64,000 nucleotides of DNA, from NCBI RefSeq assembly GCF_006345805.1, contig NC_043026.1, forward strand, positions 11,098,001 to 11,162,000. The letters run 5' to 3'. Source of the DNA: Octopus sinensis (Eukaryota). Positions 49,825 to 62,605 of the stretch are shown one piece after another (the first letter of the stretch is position 1; each line of letters opens with the position of its first letter). The notes under the pieces are model-generated. The model did no database searches. It was not told the DNA's origin and worked only from the letters and a program-made list of their open reading frames with translations. A program made the position numbers and the translations under genes.

Positions 49825-50770
49825 ACAAACATGGGAAAGACTCAAGAGATTAAGACTCTATTCCTTAGAGCGTAGGCGAGAAAGATATGCTATAATATAC
49901 ATCTGGAAGATCCTAGAAGGACTTGTCCCAAACTTTGGCATCGAGAGTTACACAAATACTAGAACTGGGCGCCACTGCATAGTGCCAAGGACTCCAAATT
50001 TGCCATCAAGATGTAGAACAAGATACTGTGATAGCCTGGGCTTCCGAGGCCCACAGCTCTTCAATATTCTCCTGAAGAACCTGAGAGACCTGCATGGGGT
50101 GGATGCAGATGTCTTTAAAATAAAACTGGATATCTTCCTGTCAGGTGTCCCATCAAGATGTAGGACAAGATACTGTGATAGCCTGGGCTTCAGAGGCCCA
50201 CAGCTCTTCAATATTCTCCTGAAGAACCTGAGAGACCTGCATGGGGTGGATGCAGATGTCTTTAAAATAAAACTGGATCTCTTCTTGTCAGGTGTCCCAT
50301 CAAGATGTAGGACAAGATACTGTGATAGCCTGGGCTTCCGAGGCCCACAGCTCTTCAATATTCTCCCGAAGAACCTGAGAGACCTGCATGGGGTGGATGC
50401 AGATGTCTTTAAAATAAAACTGGATATCTTCCTGTCAGGTGTCCCATCAAGATGTAGGACAAGATACTGTGATAGCCTGGGCTTCCGAGGCCTACAGCTC
50501 TTCAATATTCTTCTGAAGAACCTGAGAGATCTGCATGGGGTGAATGCAGATGTCTTTAAAATAAAACTGGATCTCTTCCTGTCAGGTGTCCCAGATGAAC
50601 CAACTTCACGGCAGGAGGTGCAGATGAGGGCAGCCGCATCGAACTCTCTCATGCACCAAATGGCAATTGCTAAAAAGCATTCGTGAAGTAAAATCATGTA
50701 GCAACACCAAATGGCGGTGCCCCAGCATGGCCACAGCTCGTGCGCTGAAACTAGATAAAATAAAATAAAA
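49825..50770 (+). mobile_element. CR1/L2-clade LINE 3' fragment with an in-frame 135-bp repeat (about 4.4 copies)
   Basis: WERLKRLRLYSLERRRERYAIIYIWKILEG followed by (SRCRTRYCDSLGFRGPQLFN...FLSGVP) four times. Confidence 0.85.
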
Positions 50771-51196
50771 AATAAAATAAATGGAATCTTTTATCTTTCC
50801 CTACTGTCAGTCATTAAACTGTGAACGTTTAACGGGTTTTGTGAAACAAATCAACCCCAGTATTTGCTTGAAATGTATCCGGTACTTATACCGAAGTTAC
50901 GCCTAATTTTTTACACAAAGTAAATAAAACACAAAAACACAAAGTAAATAATTTTTTAAAACAAAGTAAATAACACAAAAACACAAAGTAAGGATGGACT
51001 AGTCACGACTAGCTAGCGTGGACGCGCGAGTGCGCGCACCGGGACCACTCTTCTTAAGTAGTACCGAAGAAATGTTTGTACTTTTTATTATCTCACTCTC
51101 TCCATCAAATCGATATTTCCTTTACAGGGCACGGTGTGCCACATGTTAGATATGGAGGTGATCGAAGAGCCAACGTCAAATAAATTGTTACAAGTA

Positions 51197-51590
51197 CAAG
51201 CAGTATCGCCCGGCGTTGCTCGGGTTTGTTTCGACTCTTTAGAATTGGAATTTTTAAAAAGTAAAAATTTTGCATTATGTAGCTTGTTATTCTCTTTAAG
51301 TGAACATTTTCCCGGTTGAAATACACCGAAAAATGGCGACACAGCAGTAAAAAAATCGTACAAAATAGGGATTTTCATAGAAAAAAAAGCACCTTTTTGA
51401 TGTTAATAATTTTTGGTGCTAACATGGTTCGATCTGAATTTTCTTCTACGGAATGAAGAGCAAGCCTTCTTCTATCATACTCTCAATTTTGGTCAACATG
51501 CGCCGCAGGGTCTCGGAGGAGATAGTGTTGATTGAAGGCTACCAAACCTGCCATACACAGACAACTTCAGCTTTATATAGAAGGAGATTA
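51197..51590 (+). mobile_element. Helitron/Helentron-like element
   Basis: gcagtatcgcccggcgttgctcggg 5' end and tttatatagaag 3' end. Confidence 0.6.
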
Positions 51591-51735
51591 TTGCAGCTTG
51601 AAAGAAAATCATTATCAACTTACCTCTCTCATTTATAAACACCGAGTCAGTGCCCCTTATTAAAATAAATCCACCTCTGTATACAGTACCGGGCCTCTCA
51701 CTCGACTTCTAAAATTCCGACAATACTGTGTAATA

Positions 51736-51946
51736 CAGTGCTTTTCAACCATTTTGCTGGCGCGGAACCCCAAGGAAACATTTCACTGGCTCGAGGAACC
51801 CCTGTGCAATAATATAATTGTCTTCTATCTGCACAGTAGAATTAAAAATTACTGTCGATTTTAGCATTTTTGTAACTTCTTGCGGAACCCCTGGACTGTA
51901 CTGGCGAAACCCTAAGGTTCCGCGGAACCCTGGTTGAAAACCACTG
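51736..51946. mobile_element. hAT MITE
   Basis: TIRs cagtgcttttcaacc / ggttgaaaaccactg; perfect 8-bp TSD gtgtaata. Confidence 0.9.
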
Positions 51947-52382
51947 GTGTAATATCAATTTTAAGTTGGTTAATTAGTATAATTAAAGTGATTAAAATAT
52001 GTTCCGCTTTAGAATTGTAATAACTTGTTAATAAATATCAGTTAAATAAAATCATATTCTTTACAAATCTTCATTTCATTTTTTTATTCCTATAAACATT
52101 ATATTATATACACGGGACAGTAGGATCTATTCTAACGATCCTGCTGTACAAGGGCATCAATTTGAATCTATGGAAGTACGTTTTAGTTCTTTCCTTTTCA
52201 CAGTTTCTTTTAGGCCCAGAAATCCGATTCACTTCCAGGACCCAAGTTTGGCGAGCAAATGCTTTAAATGCGAGTAAGTTGTTCCCCCTTGAATATGATA
52301 TAGTTTCCTCAATTATCCGATAGATGGTTCTACTGACTGATATCTTTGTATCAGATGTTCTCATGAATATATATATATATAT

Positions 52383-52775
52383 ACTAGCAGTATCGCCCGG
52401 CGTTGCTCGGGTTTGTAAGGGAAATAACCATATAAGCATTTTTAGAGAGTTATAGCAAAAAAATGCATTAAAAATGGAATAAAAAATGATGGTAATTTTT
52501 TTTTTAAATCGTTGACTCATCGTAGACATTTTTAGAGAGTTACTTCCCTTATATAATAGCGAAAAAATGCATTAAAATGGAAAAAATGATGGTAAATTAT
52601 TTTAAAAATCGTAGACTCATCGTAGACACGCGCTAATACCCAGAAGGGCTCGATATGAATCACGACTATAAGATACCCGAATTTGGTTAAACTGCACCGC
52701 AAAATGTGGGAGTAGTTAGGAATCTAAATCGTAGGAGACAGACACTCACACAACTACAGTTTTATATATATAGAT
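52383..52775 (+). mobile_element. Helitron/Helentron-like element
   Basis: Near-identical to 8395-8781. Confidence 0.65.
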
Positions 52776-52786
52776 ATAAAATAGGG

Positions 52787-53206
52787 GATCTTTTCGGTTT
52801 TACCGGCAGTTTTTTAAAATAATTTCCACGTAACTAAACACTTTTAAACTTCGTATACTGGTAGAATGTGTTTATAAAACATCTTTTTCTCTTGGCTTTA
52901 TTGAGAAAATTCTATAGTTTGTAAGATATTTGTTGTTTTTTATCTTCAATTTCTGCAATTTCAACCAATCAATGACGTCTATTGAGGTGAAAACATTCTG
53001 TGCCGTATGAATATGTCCCTCGTTTAAGAAACAGATTGGGTTTATTTACATTTGTGAAGAAAAAAAAAAGATACTCTTCCCCCCACCCCGCACCACTAAC
53101 CCTATAACAGATTGAAATGCAATAGATCGATACTAGGGTCATAATTATGGGTGACAATTTCATATGACACCGCTAGAAAAAACTGCCGTTCAAACCGAAA
53201 AGATCC
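52787..53206. mobile_element. MITE whose family carries (CCCTAA)n, most complete copy
   Basis: TIRs ggatcttttcggttt..ccggcagttttt / aaaaactgccgttcaaaccgaaaagatcc; other copies carry ccctaa tracts at about 17441, 18910 and 22355. Confidence 0.7.
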
Positions 53207-53387
53207 ATTTTATATATATATATGAGGGGTTATGGTTTGTGTTAGGGTTAGGGGTGAGATAAAAGGGTTTCTGTTATCTTCAGAAATGTAAACAAAGCCA
53301 CTTCCGGTACTAATACCGAAGGATCGCCAAAAAAAAAAAATTAATGTAAAAGATACTGTAATTATCATTTGAAATTGTAAGACATAT

Positions 53388-53434
<47 letters not shown>

Positions 53435-53497
53435 TATTACCTTTTACTTGATTCGGTCAGTAGACTACGACCATGCTACAGCATATAACACACACAC

Positions 53498-53532
<35 letters not shown>

Positions 53533-53573
53533 AACATTTACCTGAACAATTGAAATTCAAATCATATATTTGG

Positions 53574-53610
<37 letters not shown>

Positions 53611-54238
53611 ATTTATATTCGTGTAACATCGTCCGTTTTTTTTTGTTTTTTGTTTTTTGTTTTTTTGTCCTTGTTTCGTATACATTCGATCCTTTTTCCA
53701 AGGAATCTACTGCTCGTAGCTTAGTTTTTTCCTTGGGGCTGGCCAGATTGGAGCAATCTCAAGATCAATCAGCCGAAATTGCGAGGATGATCCGGTTCTT
53801 GACTGAAGATTAAAGGCTTCGAATGACCCGTCCGTGTTTTTTGTATCGTCTATTTGGATGTTTTGCGTTCTTGTCCCATTTTGTATTATATATATATATA
53901 TATAGCCGAAATTACTACGATGATCCGGTTCTTGACTGAAGACTGAGGGCTTCGAATGTCCTGTCTGTGTTTGTTGTATCGTCTTCTAAGTGTTATGCGT
54001 TCTTGTCCCAGTTTGTATATTTTTTTTTACATATCATAATATATATATATATATATATTGAAGTAGATAAATGAATTATCTTATTACGGATAATTCAAAG
54101 GATAACCGATACCTGGGTAGCAAAAATCACAACAGAAAAATCACGGTTGAAGTTACGACCATGGGGCATAAAAACCGTGCCTTATTGCGGAAATTTGAAG
54201 TTTTATATATTGTTTTATATATTGTTTTCCTACACTTA

Positions 54239-54301
<63 letters not shown>

Positions 54302-54762
54302 TAAATTAGAGATAAAACCACTATTAGGCAAATCAAACAGTGAAAATCATAAACCAATACATAGAAATAAAATTAATTAATAAAAAATATATAAAATTCA
54401 AAATTTAAATATTTAAATTAAAGTTAAATTCCCTGTAAGTTTGGATTTACTCCCTAATATTATTATATATATATATATATACATATAATTTTTTTTAATA
54501 TCTTGACGCAGACACAAATAGAATGTAAACATTTATAGGTGAAAAATCTTTTTTTTATTTTGATGGAACATACCGGAGATTGCCCATGGGGCACGAGCCC
54601 ACGTCCCCTGTAGACAATTTCTGTTCTCGACTATGTTGTCTTTAAATCAGCAATAAACAATAAGACAAATTAATTAAGGAGCTTTTTCTTAAGATCGTAG
54701 TAATATTTATTCGAATATGCAGTTATATTTTAGCTCGTATTTGCCTTTTGTTCATTAATCTA

Positions 54763-55143
54763 GGCGCAGGAGTGGCTGTGTGGTAAGTAGCTTGTCTACC
54801 AACCACATGGTTCCGGGTTCAGTCCCACTGCGTGGCACCTTGGGCAAGTGTCTTCTGCTATAGCCTCAGGCCGACCAAAGCCTTGTGAGTGGATTTGGTA
54901 GATGGAAACTGAAAGAAGCCCGTCGTATATATGTGTGTGTGTGTGTGTTTGTCCCCCTAGCATTGCTTGACAACCGATGCTGGTGTGTTTATGTCCCCGT
55001 TACTTAGCGGTTCGGCAAAAGAGACCGATAGAATAAGTACTGGGCTTACAAAAGAATAAGTCCCGGGTCGAATTGCTCGATTAAAGGCGGTGCTCCAGCA
55101 TGGCTGCAGTCAAATGACTGAAACAAGTAAAAGAGTAAAGAGT
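54763..55143 (+). mobile_element. SINE family A
   Basis: Homology to the other family A copies. Confidence 0.85.
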
Positions 55144-56031
55144 AGTTTCCCGAGTCTCATACTGTTGTGCAATTTCTTGCCGGACAACCTCCATTGGTGA
55201 TTTTTTTCTAGTGAAGAAATGTTTGTCCTGTGCAATTACTCCATCCCTGCATCACATCGACATTACCTGCACAGGTGCACAATGTATACTACACGTCAGA
55301 TGTCAAAGTGATCGCAAAACAACTCGAGATGAACGTATCACCTGGTCTAGGAATCAAACTTATGATGATCTTTCATAGTAATTATAATTAACTTGTGGTC
55401 GGCACAAGGAATATCTACTGACGGTACATATGTATACAATTATGTGATTTAACTACAACACTAGAGCTTTTTAGCTCCTATTTCTAGCAATGTAGGTGTT
55501 CTAGCACCCTTAGCAACATTTGATGTCAATTATAGTTTTCCTTTTGGTAACACATTGCACATAGCTGTCTATATTAATATATATATATATATATATATAA
55601 TATATATCTTTATATATATCGTCATCATCATCGTTTAACGTCCGTTTTCCATGCTAGCATGGGTTGGACAGTTCAACCAGGGTCTTGGAAGCCAGGAGGC
55701 TGCACCAGGCTCCAGTCTGATCTGGCAGTGTTTCTACAGCTGGATGCCCTTCCTAACGCCAACCACTCTGTGAGTGTAGTGGGTGCTTTTTACGGGCCAC
55801 CGGCACAGATATATGTATATTTATTTATATATGCACTGTATGTAATAAATGGTTTCTAAGCACCTATGATACCCTTAGCCACATTTGATGTCAGTTATAG
55901 TTTTCCTTTCTGGTAACACATTGTACATGGCTGTCTATATTAATTTTTATATATATATATATATAATATATATATATATAAACAAAGTCAAAATGCAATA
56001 AAATAAAATATATATATATATATATATATAT

Positions 56032-56452
56032 GGCAGCGGCTCCTGATCGTAGGATCGCGATTCCGATTCCCAGACCGGGCGTTGTGAGTGTTTATTGAGT
56101 GAAAACGCCTAAAAGCTCCACGAGGCTCCGGCAGGGAGTGGTGATCCCTGCTGTACTATATATATATATATATATATATGGCCCAGTGGTTAGGGCAGCG
56201 GACTCCTGGTCGTAGGATCGCGGTTTCGATTCCCAGACCGGGCGTTGTGAGTGTTTATTGAGCGAAAACCCCTAAAAACTCCACGAGGCTCCGGCAGGGA
56301 GTGGTGATCCCTGCTGTAGTCTTTCACCACTCTTTCTTCTGTTGACCTGCTCGCTTAGCCAGCGGGGTGGCGTCATTCGAAGGCTAAAACAATGCGAACG
56401 CATTGTGGCCAGCGATGTGTAACAACATCTGATGGTCTGGTCGATCACGTGA
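56032..56452 (+). mobile_element. tRNA-derived SINE family E with a partial head duplication
   Basis: ggcccagtggttagggcagcggactc...tcgcggtttcgattccc; same family as 62220. Confidence 0.8.
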
Positions 56453-56760
56453 TATATATATGCATTGTATATAATAAATAGTTTCTAAGCATCCATGACT
56501 TCTTACACTGTTATTTCTCTCTTATTTCAGAATATCATATGACATTGGTATTGGAGAATTATTTTACATCGGTATTTACCATCTTTTAAAAGACTAACAG
56601 GAAATACAATACAGAAGAAGGAATAAATCAATGGTTAATTACAGTGAAATAATATCTTCTGAAGTAAGAATTATAGAAACATAACATTTGTCTACTTCGC
56701 TATCTGGAGCAACTGATTTTTGCATTCCAATTAAACTTGGATGACAGCAGAGCTTATACC

Positions 56761-57152
56761 TATTTCTTTACTACCCACAAGGGGCTAAACACAGAGAAGA
56801 CAGACAAACAGATTAAGTCGATTATATCGACCCCAGTGCGTAACTAGTACTTATTTAACCTACCCCGAAAAGATGAAAGGCAAAGTTGACCTCGGCGGAA
56901 TTTGAACTCAGAACGTAATGGCAGACGAAATACCTATTTCTTTACTACCCACAAGGGGCTAAACACAGAGAAGACAGACAAACAGATTAAGTCGATTATA
57001 TCGACCCCAGTGCGTAACTAGTACTTATTTAACAGACCCCGAAAGGATGAAAGGCAAAGTCGACCTCGGCGGAATTTGAACTCAGAACGTAGCGGCAGAC
57101 GAAATACTGCTAAGCATTTCGCCCGGTGTGCTAACGATTCTACCAGCTCGCC
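56761..57152 (-). mobile_element. Family B SINE with a duplicated tail and a 14-bp TSD, upstream of the ZNF gene 4 ATG
   Basis: gcagagcttatacc at 56747-56760 and 57153-57166. Confidence 0.9.
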
Positions 57153-57273
57153 GCAGAGCTTATACCATCAGATACCAACTGTGTTCAGTAACCAATGGAA
57201 ACATAGCAGTTCAAAATATAATATATAAACAAAAAGAAGAGAAGCATTTGCATATTTTAAAGCAAGAAGGAAA

Positions 57274-58125
57274 ATGGAAAATGAATTATGTGAGAACCAG
57301 ATTCAATGTAAGACTCAACCTGAAGGCATTGGCTTTAGCGATGGTATAAAGAAAGAGGATGGGAAAGCATCACATCAGTATGATATCTGTGGTAAATCAT
57401 TCTCTGAAGAAGGTTACCCAACAAATTACAAATATATTCATACGAGAGAGAAGCCGTATCATTGTGTTATCTGTGGTAAAACTTTTTTTGGAAGCAGTGG
57501 CTTAACTATCCACATGCAGGTTCATACGGGAGAGAAACCATATCACTGTGATATCTGTGGTAAATCATTCTCTCAAAATGCTCACTTGACTAAACACAAA
57601 CACATTCACACGAGGGAGAAGTCGTATAACTGCGGCATCTGCGCTAAATCTTTCTCTGGAAGTAGTGACTTGACCAAACACATACGCATTCACACAGGAG
57701 AGAAACCATATTGCTGCACTGTCTGTGGGGAATCATTCTCTCAAAGCAGCAACTTAGCTCGACACTATTATACTCATACAGGAGAGAAGGCATATCACTG
57801 TGATATCTGTAACAAGTCATTCTCTCGAAATACTGACTTGGCTACACATAAACGTATTCATACGGGATTGAAGCCATATCGATGTGATATCTGTGACAAA
57901 TCATTCTCTCTGAATCACCACTTGACTACTCACAAATATATCCACACAGGAGAGAAACCACATACATGCGATATCTGTGGTAAATCATTTTCGATATCAA
58001 GTAACTTAACTAAACACAAACGTATTCACACAGGAGAGAAACCATATCAGTGTGATCTTTGTAGTAAATCATTCTCTCAAAAAAGTCACTTAACCAGACA
58101 TATATGTATTCATGCGACAGTGTAG
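57274..58125 (+). CDS. C2H2 zinc-finger protein (gene 4), 8 intact fingers plus 1 degenerate
   Basis: 283-aa ORF; the first unit HQYDIC...TNYKYIH has lost a Cys and a His. Confidence 0.93.
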   Translation: MENELCENQIQCKTQPEGIGFSDGIKKEDGKASHQYDICGKSFSEEGYPTNYKYIHTREKPYHCVICGKTFFGSSGLTIHMQVHTGEKPYHCDICGKSFSQNAHLTKHKHIHTREKSYNCGICAKSFSGSSDLTKHIRIHTGEKPYCCTVCGESFSQSSNLARHYYTHTGEKAYHCDICNKSFSRNTDLATHKRIHTGLKPYRCDICDKSFSLNHHLTTHKYIHTGEKPHTCDICGKSFSISSNLTKHKRIHTGEKPYQCDLCSKSFSQKSHLTRHICIHATV

Positions 58126-58142
58126 TGGTTTCACTGTTTATT

Positions 58143-58345
58143 CATCATCATCATCATCGTTTAACGTCCGCTTTCCATGCTAGCATGGGTTGGACGGTTC
58201 AACTGGGGTCTGGCAAGCCCGAAGGCTGCACCAGGCCAGTCAGATCTGACAGTGTTTCTACAGCTGGATGCCCTTCCTAACGCCAACCACTCCAAGAGTG
58301 TAGTGGGTGATTTTATGTGCCACCGACACAGGTGCCAGACGAGGG
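58143..58345 (-). mobile_element. SINE family C (related copies at about 39360-39530, 48705-48858 and 55620-55806)
   Basis: catcatcgtttaacgtccgctttccatgctagc tail. Confidence 0.8.
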
Positions 58346-58742
58346 TTGAAAAATATACAAAAACAAGCATACTAGTTAATTCTCCTCTTTTTCGCCAGAG
58401 CCCTGTCTGCAAGGTTGTGGCCCTACCAGGAACTGAAGTTCCCGACGGCATAGCTCTGACACTACCGTTGCCAGCGTCCCCACCACGGTGAGGAAGGGAT
58501 GGACTAATGTTATCATGGGGCAGATGGAGTTTACTCAAAGCAAATTTTCTATGACTGGATACCTTTTCTGTTGCCAACCCTCGCCAATTTCCAAAGCAAA
58601 GTAATATTTCCCCATGGTCAGACATGTCTTCATAAGATATTGGAAATGAACAACACTGCTTGTGTGACAGTGACACTCATTTACGACTATCACTTGATGT
58701 TGAAACAAGAAGACACAAACAAATACACATGAACACATACAT

Positions 58743-58773
<31 letters not shown>

Positions 58774-59095
58774 CACATACACAATGAGCTTCTTTCAGTT
58801 TCCATCTCCCAAATCTACTTATGGCTTTGGTCAGCCCAGGGCTACTGTACAAAACACTTGTCCAAGGTGCCTTTCAGTGGGATTGAACCCAGAGCCATGC
58901 CTGATGAATATTGATGCTTTCCCTTGAGTAATCTTATAACTTATGAACAAGCATCAGATGTTCTCCACATTTGTACATTCCTGCTTCGGGGTATGCATGA
59001 TACTTCAAAATCGCCAGAACAAGGGTTCGGTTCCCTTCTGGGTTGTGTGTTGCGTTCTTGGGTAAAACACTTAATTTCAAGTTGCTTTAGTGTTG

Positions 59096-60665
59096 CATCA
59101 ACTCGCAATACCAGAGGGCGCACACTCTCCTACCCTGATGTAATCTCCAGGGATACAGGCATCCAGCAACAGGACCTCCGTAATGCTATGATGGACCGTG
59201 AAGTCTGGCGTAACATAGTAAATTCTATCATCTCGACCACGGTCAAACAATGATGATGATGATATATATACATACATACATATCATCTCTTGTGAAAGGT
59301 AAGAGAGTCCAGTTTGCTGGACATTGTTGTAGAGCTGAAAAAGAGATAATTTCTACTCTTCTCCTCTGGAAGCCATCTACTCGCAGTACCAGAGGGTGCA
59401 CACTCTCCTACCCTGATGTAATCTCCAGGGATACAGGCATCCAGCAACAGGACCTCCGTAATGCTATGATGGACCGTGAAGTCTGGCGTAACATAGTAAA
59501 TTCTATCGTCTCGACCACGGTCAAACAATGATGATGATGATATATACATACATACATATCATCTCTTGTGAAAGGTAAGAGAGTCCAGTTTGCTGGACAT
59601 TGTTGTAGAGCTGAAAAAGAGATAATTTCTACTCTTCTCCTCTGGAAGCCATCTACTCGCAGTACCAGAGGGTGCACACTCTCCTACCCTGATGTATCTC
59701 CAGGGATACAGGCATCCAGCAACAGGACCTCCGTAATGCTATGATGGACCGTGAAGTCTGGCGTAACATAGTAAATTCCATTGTCTCGACCACGGTCGAA
59801 CAATGATGATGATTGTTATTATTATTATTATTATTATTATGTGTCATCTCTTGTGAAAGGTAGGAGAGTCCAGTTTGCTGGACATTGTTGTAGAGCTGAA
59901 AAAGAAGTAATTTCTCCTCTTCTCCTCTGGAAGCCATCTACTCGCAATACCAGAGGGCGCACACTCTCCTACCCTGATGTAATCTCCAGGGATACAGGCA
60001 TCCAGCAACAGGACCTCCGTAATGCTATGATGGACTGTGAAGTCTGGCGTAACATAGTAAATTCCATTGTCTCGACCACGGTCGAACAATGATGATGATT
60101 GTTATTATTATTATTATTATTATTATGTGTCATCTCTTGTGAAAGGTAGGAGAGTCCAGTTTGCTGGACATTGTTGTAGAGCTGAAAAAGAAGTAATTTC
60201 TCCTCTTCTCCTCTGGAAGCCATCTACTCGCAATACCAGAGGGCGCACACTCTCCTACCCTGATGTAATCTCCAGGGATACAGGCATCCAGCAACAGGAC
60301 CTCCGTAATGCTATGATAGACCGTGAAGTCTGGCGTAGCATGGTAAATTCCATTGCCACGACCACGGTCGAACAATGATGATGTTTGTTATTATTATTAT
60401 TATTATGTGTCATCTCTTGTGAAAGGTAGGAGAGTCCAGTTTGCTGGACATTGTTGCAGAGCTGAAAAAGAAGTAATTTCTACTCTTCTCCTCTGGAAGC
60501 CATCTACTCGCAATACCAGAGGGCGCACACTCTCCTACCCTGATGTAATCTCCAAGGATACAGGCATCCAGCAACAGGACCTCCGTAATGCTATGATAGA
60601 CCGTGAAGTCTGGCGTAGCATGGTAAATTCCATTGTCTCGACCACGGTCGAACAATGATGATGAT
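59096..60665 (+). repeat. Second tandem array of the RTE 3' terminus (five full units plus one partial)
   Basis: Same unit and same two spacer types as 24063-26330, inverted. Confidence 0.9.
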
Positions 60666-60969
60666 GAGTGTTGCATCCATCATTTGTTGGTGATTCCCTA
60701 CTAATCCTGGCAGGTGAGCACTCAGGCAAACAGCCCTCCAACCCATGGGCCTGTTTGGGTAGTCATTGCTGGTGAGCATTTTGCAAGGCTGGAGTAAATC
60801 CTACCTTAACCCCTTTCAGTCACCTTTTACAACACACAGAGGAAACGATATGTCTATTCTTTGATATGCTGGACCCCAGACAACACAATGACTTCAACAA
60901 ATAACCCTTTCTACTAATAAATAAATAAATTTATTTATCCAATTTACATTGTATATTTTTTTTATTGAT

Positions 60970-61560
60970 TACTCTCTTTACTCTTTTACTTGTTTCAGTC
61001 ATCTGACTGCGGCCATGCTGGAGCACTGCCTTTAGTCGATCAAATCGACCCCAGGACTTATTCTTTGTGAGCCTAGTACTTATTTTATCAGTCTCTCTTT
61101 TGCCGAGCCGCTAAGTTACGGGGACGTAAACACATCAGCATCTGTTGTCAAGCGATGTTGGGGGGACAAACAGACACACATGCATATATATATATATATA
61201 TACATATATACGATGGGCTTCTTTCAGTTTCTGTCTACCAAATCCACTCACAAGGCTTTGGTCGGCCCAAGGCTATAGTAGAAGACACTTACCCAAGGTG
61301 CCACGCAGTGGGACTGAACCCGGAACCATGTGGTTCATATGCAAGCTACTTACCACACAGCCACTCCTGCGCCTATATATATACATATATATATACGACG
61401 GGCTTCTTTCAGTTTCCGTCTACCAAATCAACTCACAAGGCTTTGGTCGGCCCGAGGCTATAGTAGAAGACACTTACCCAAGGTGCTACGCTGTGGGACT
61501 GAACCTGGAACCATGTGGTTGGTAAGCAAGCTACTTACCACACAGCCACTCCTACGCCTA
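60970..61560 (-). mobile_element. SINE family A with a duplicated head
   Basis: Two ccactcct(g/a)cgcc heads at about 61370 and 61555. Confidence 0.8.
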
Positions 61561-61619
61561 TTACAGTAAGTCTTTTCAAAAATATCAGATTAATTTCTTT
61601 GGCAGCTTTGCTGATTGGG

Positions 61620-61930
61620 GCAAGTTGATAGGGAAGCATCAGATGTGGTATGCAAGAGACGTTTGTGTTGGTATGGTCATGTACTATGGATGGATGAGGA
61701 GATCTGTGTGAAGAAGTGCCACTCCCAAACAGTGGAAGGAATCTGGGGTAGAAGAAGACCCAGGAAGACATGGGATGCGGTGGTGAAGCATGACCTTCGA
61801 ACGTTGGGCCTCACGGAGGCAATGTCAGAAGACCGAGACCTCTGGAGATATGCTGTGATTGAGAAGACCCGGCAAACAAAGTGAGTTCACAGCTGTAACT
61901 TACACCAGTTTGGCATAACCAGCCCACTCA
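61620..61930 (+). mobile_element. RTE LINE 3' fragment
   Basis: KRRLCWYGHVLWMDE...GRRRPRKTWDAVVKHDL...DRDLWR. Confidence 0.85.
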
Positions 61931-62219
61931 AAAGTACCTTGGATCGTAGGGTGACCTGCCGTGCTTGAGGAGACCTATTGAGTCAAGTACATCAAAACCA
62001 AAATCAAATGGAGATTCCTTTTGATTTTGGTTTTGATGTACTTGACTTGGTAATTTCAACCAATCAATGACATGTAATCAGCTGAATAAAATTACTGCTG
62101 TTGTTTGTCAACAACAACTATCGGCGGTGTATTTTTCGTTTGTCACTGTTATTTACGACATCATTTGTACGTTTGTACGGGTTTTAGCTTTAAGGTTTTA
62201 GGGTTAGGGTTATAATGTG

Positions 62220-62605
62220 GAGGCGCAATGGCCCAGTGGTTAGGGCAGCGGACTCGCGGTCATAGGATCGCGGTTTCAATTCCCTGACCGGGCGTTGTGA
62301 GTGTTTATTGAGCGAAAACACCTAAAGCTCCACGAGGCTCCGGCAGGGGATGGTGGTGATCCCTACTGTACTCTTTCACCACAACTTTCTCTCACTCTTA
62401 CTTCCTGTTTCTGTTGTACCTGTATTTCAAAGGGCAGGCCTTGTCACTCTCTGTGTCACGCTGAATATCCCTGAGAACTACGTTAAGTGTACACGTGTCT
62501 GTGGAGTGCTCAGCCACTTGCACGTTAATTTCACGAGCAGGCTGTTCCGTTGATTCGGATCAACCGGAACCCTTGTCGTCGTAACCGACGGAGTGCTTCC
62601 ATTCC
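62220..62605 (+). mobile_element. Full-length tRNA-derived SINE family E with a 14-bp TSD
   Basis: agggttataatgtg at 62206-62219 and 62606-62619. Confidence 0.9.

Noticed and set aside
53740-53960. CUGAAGA and GCCGAAA motifs in a repeat family (also about 5880-5990, minus strand)
   Set aside because: The order and pairing do not give a closed hammerhead stem II.
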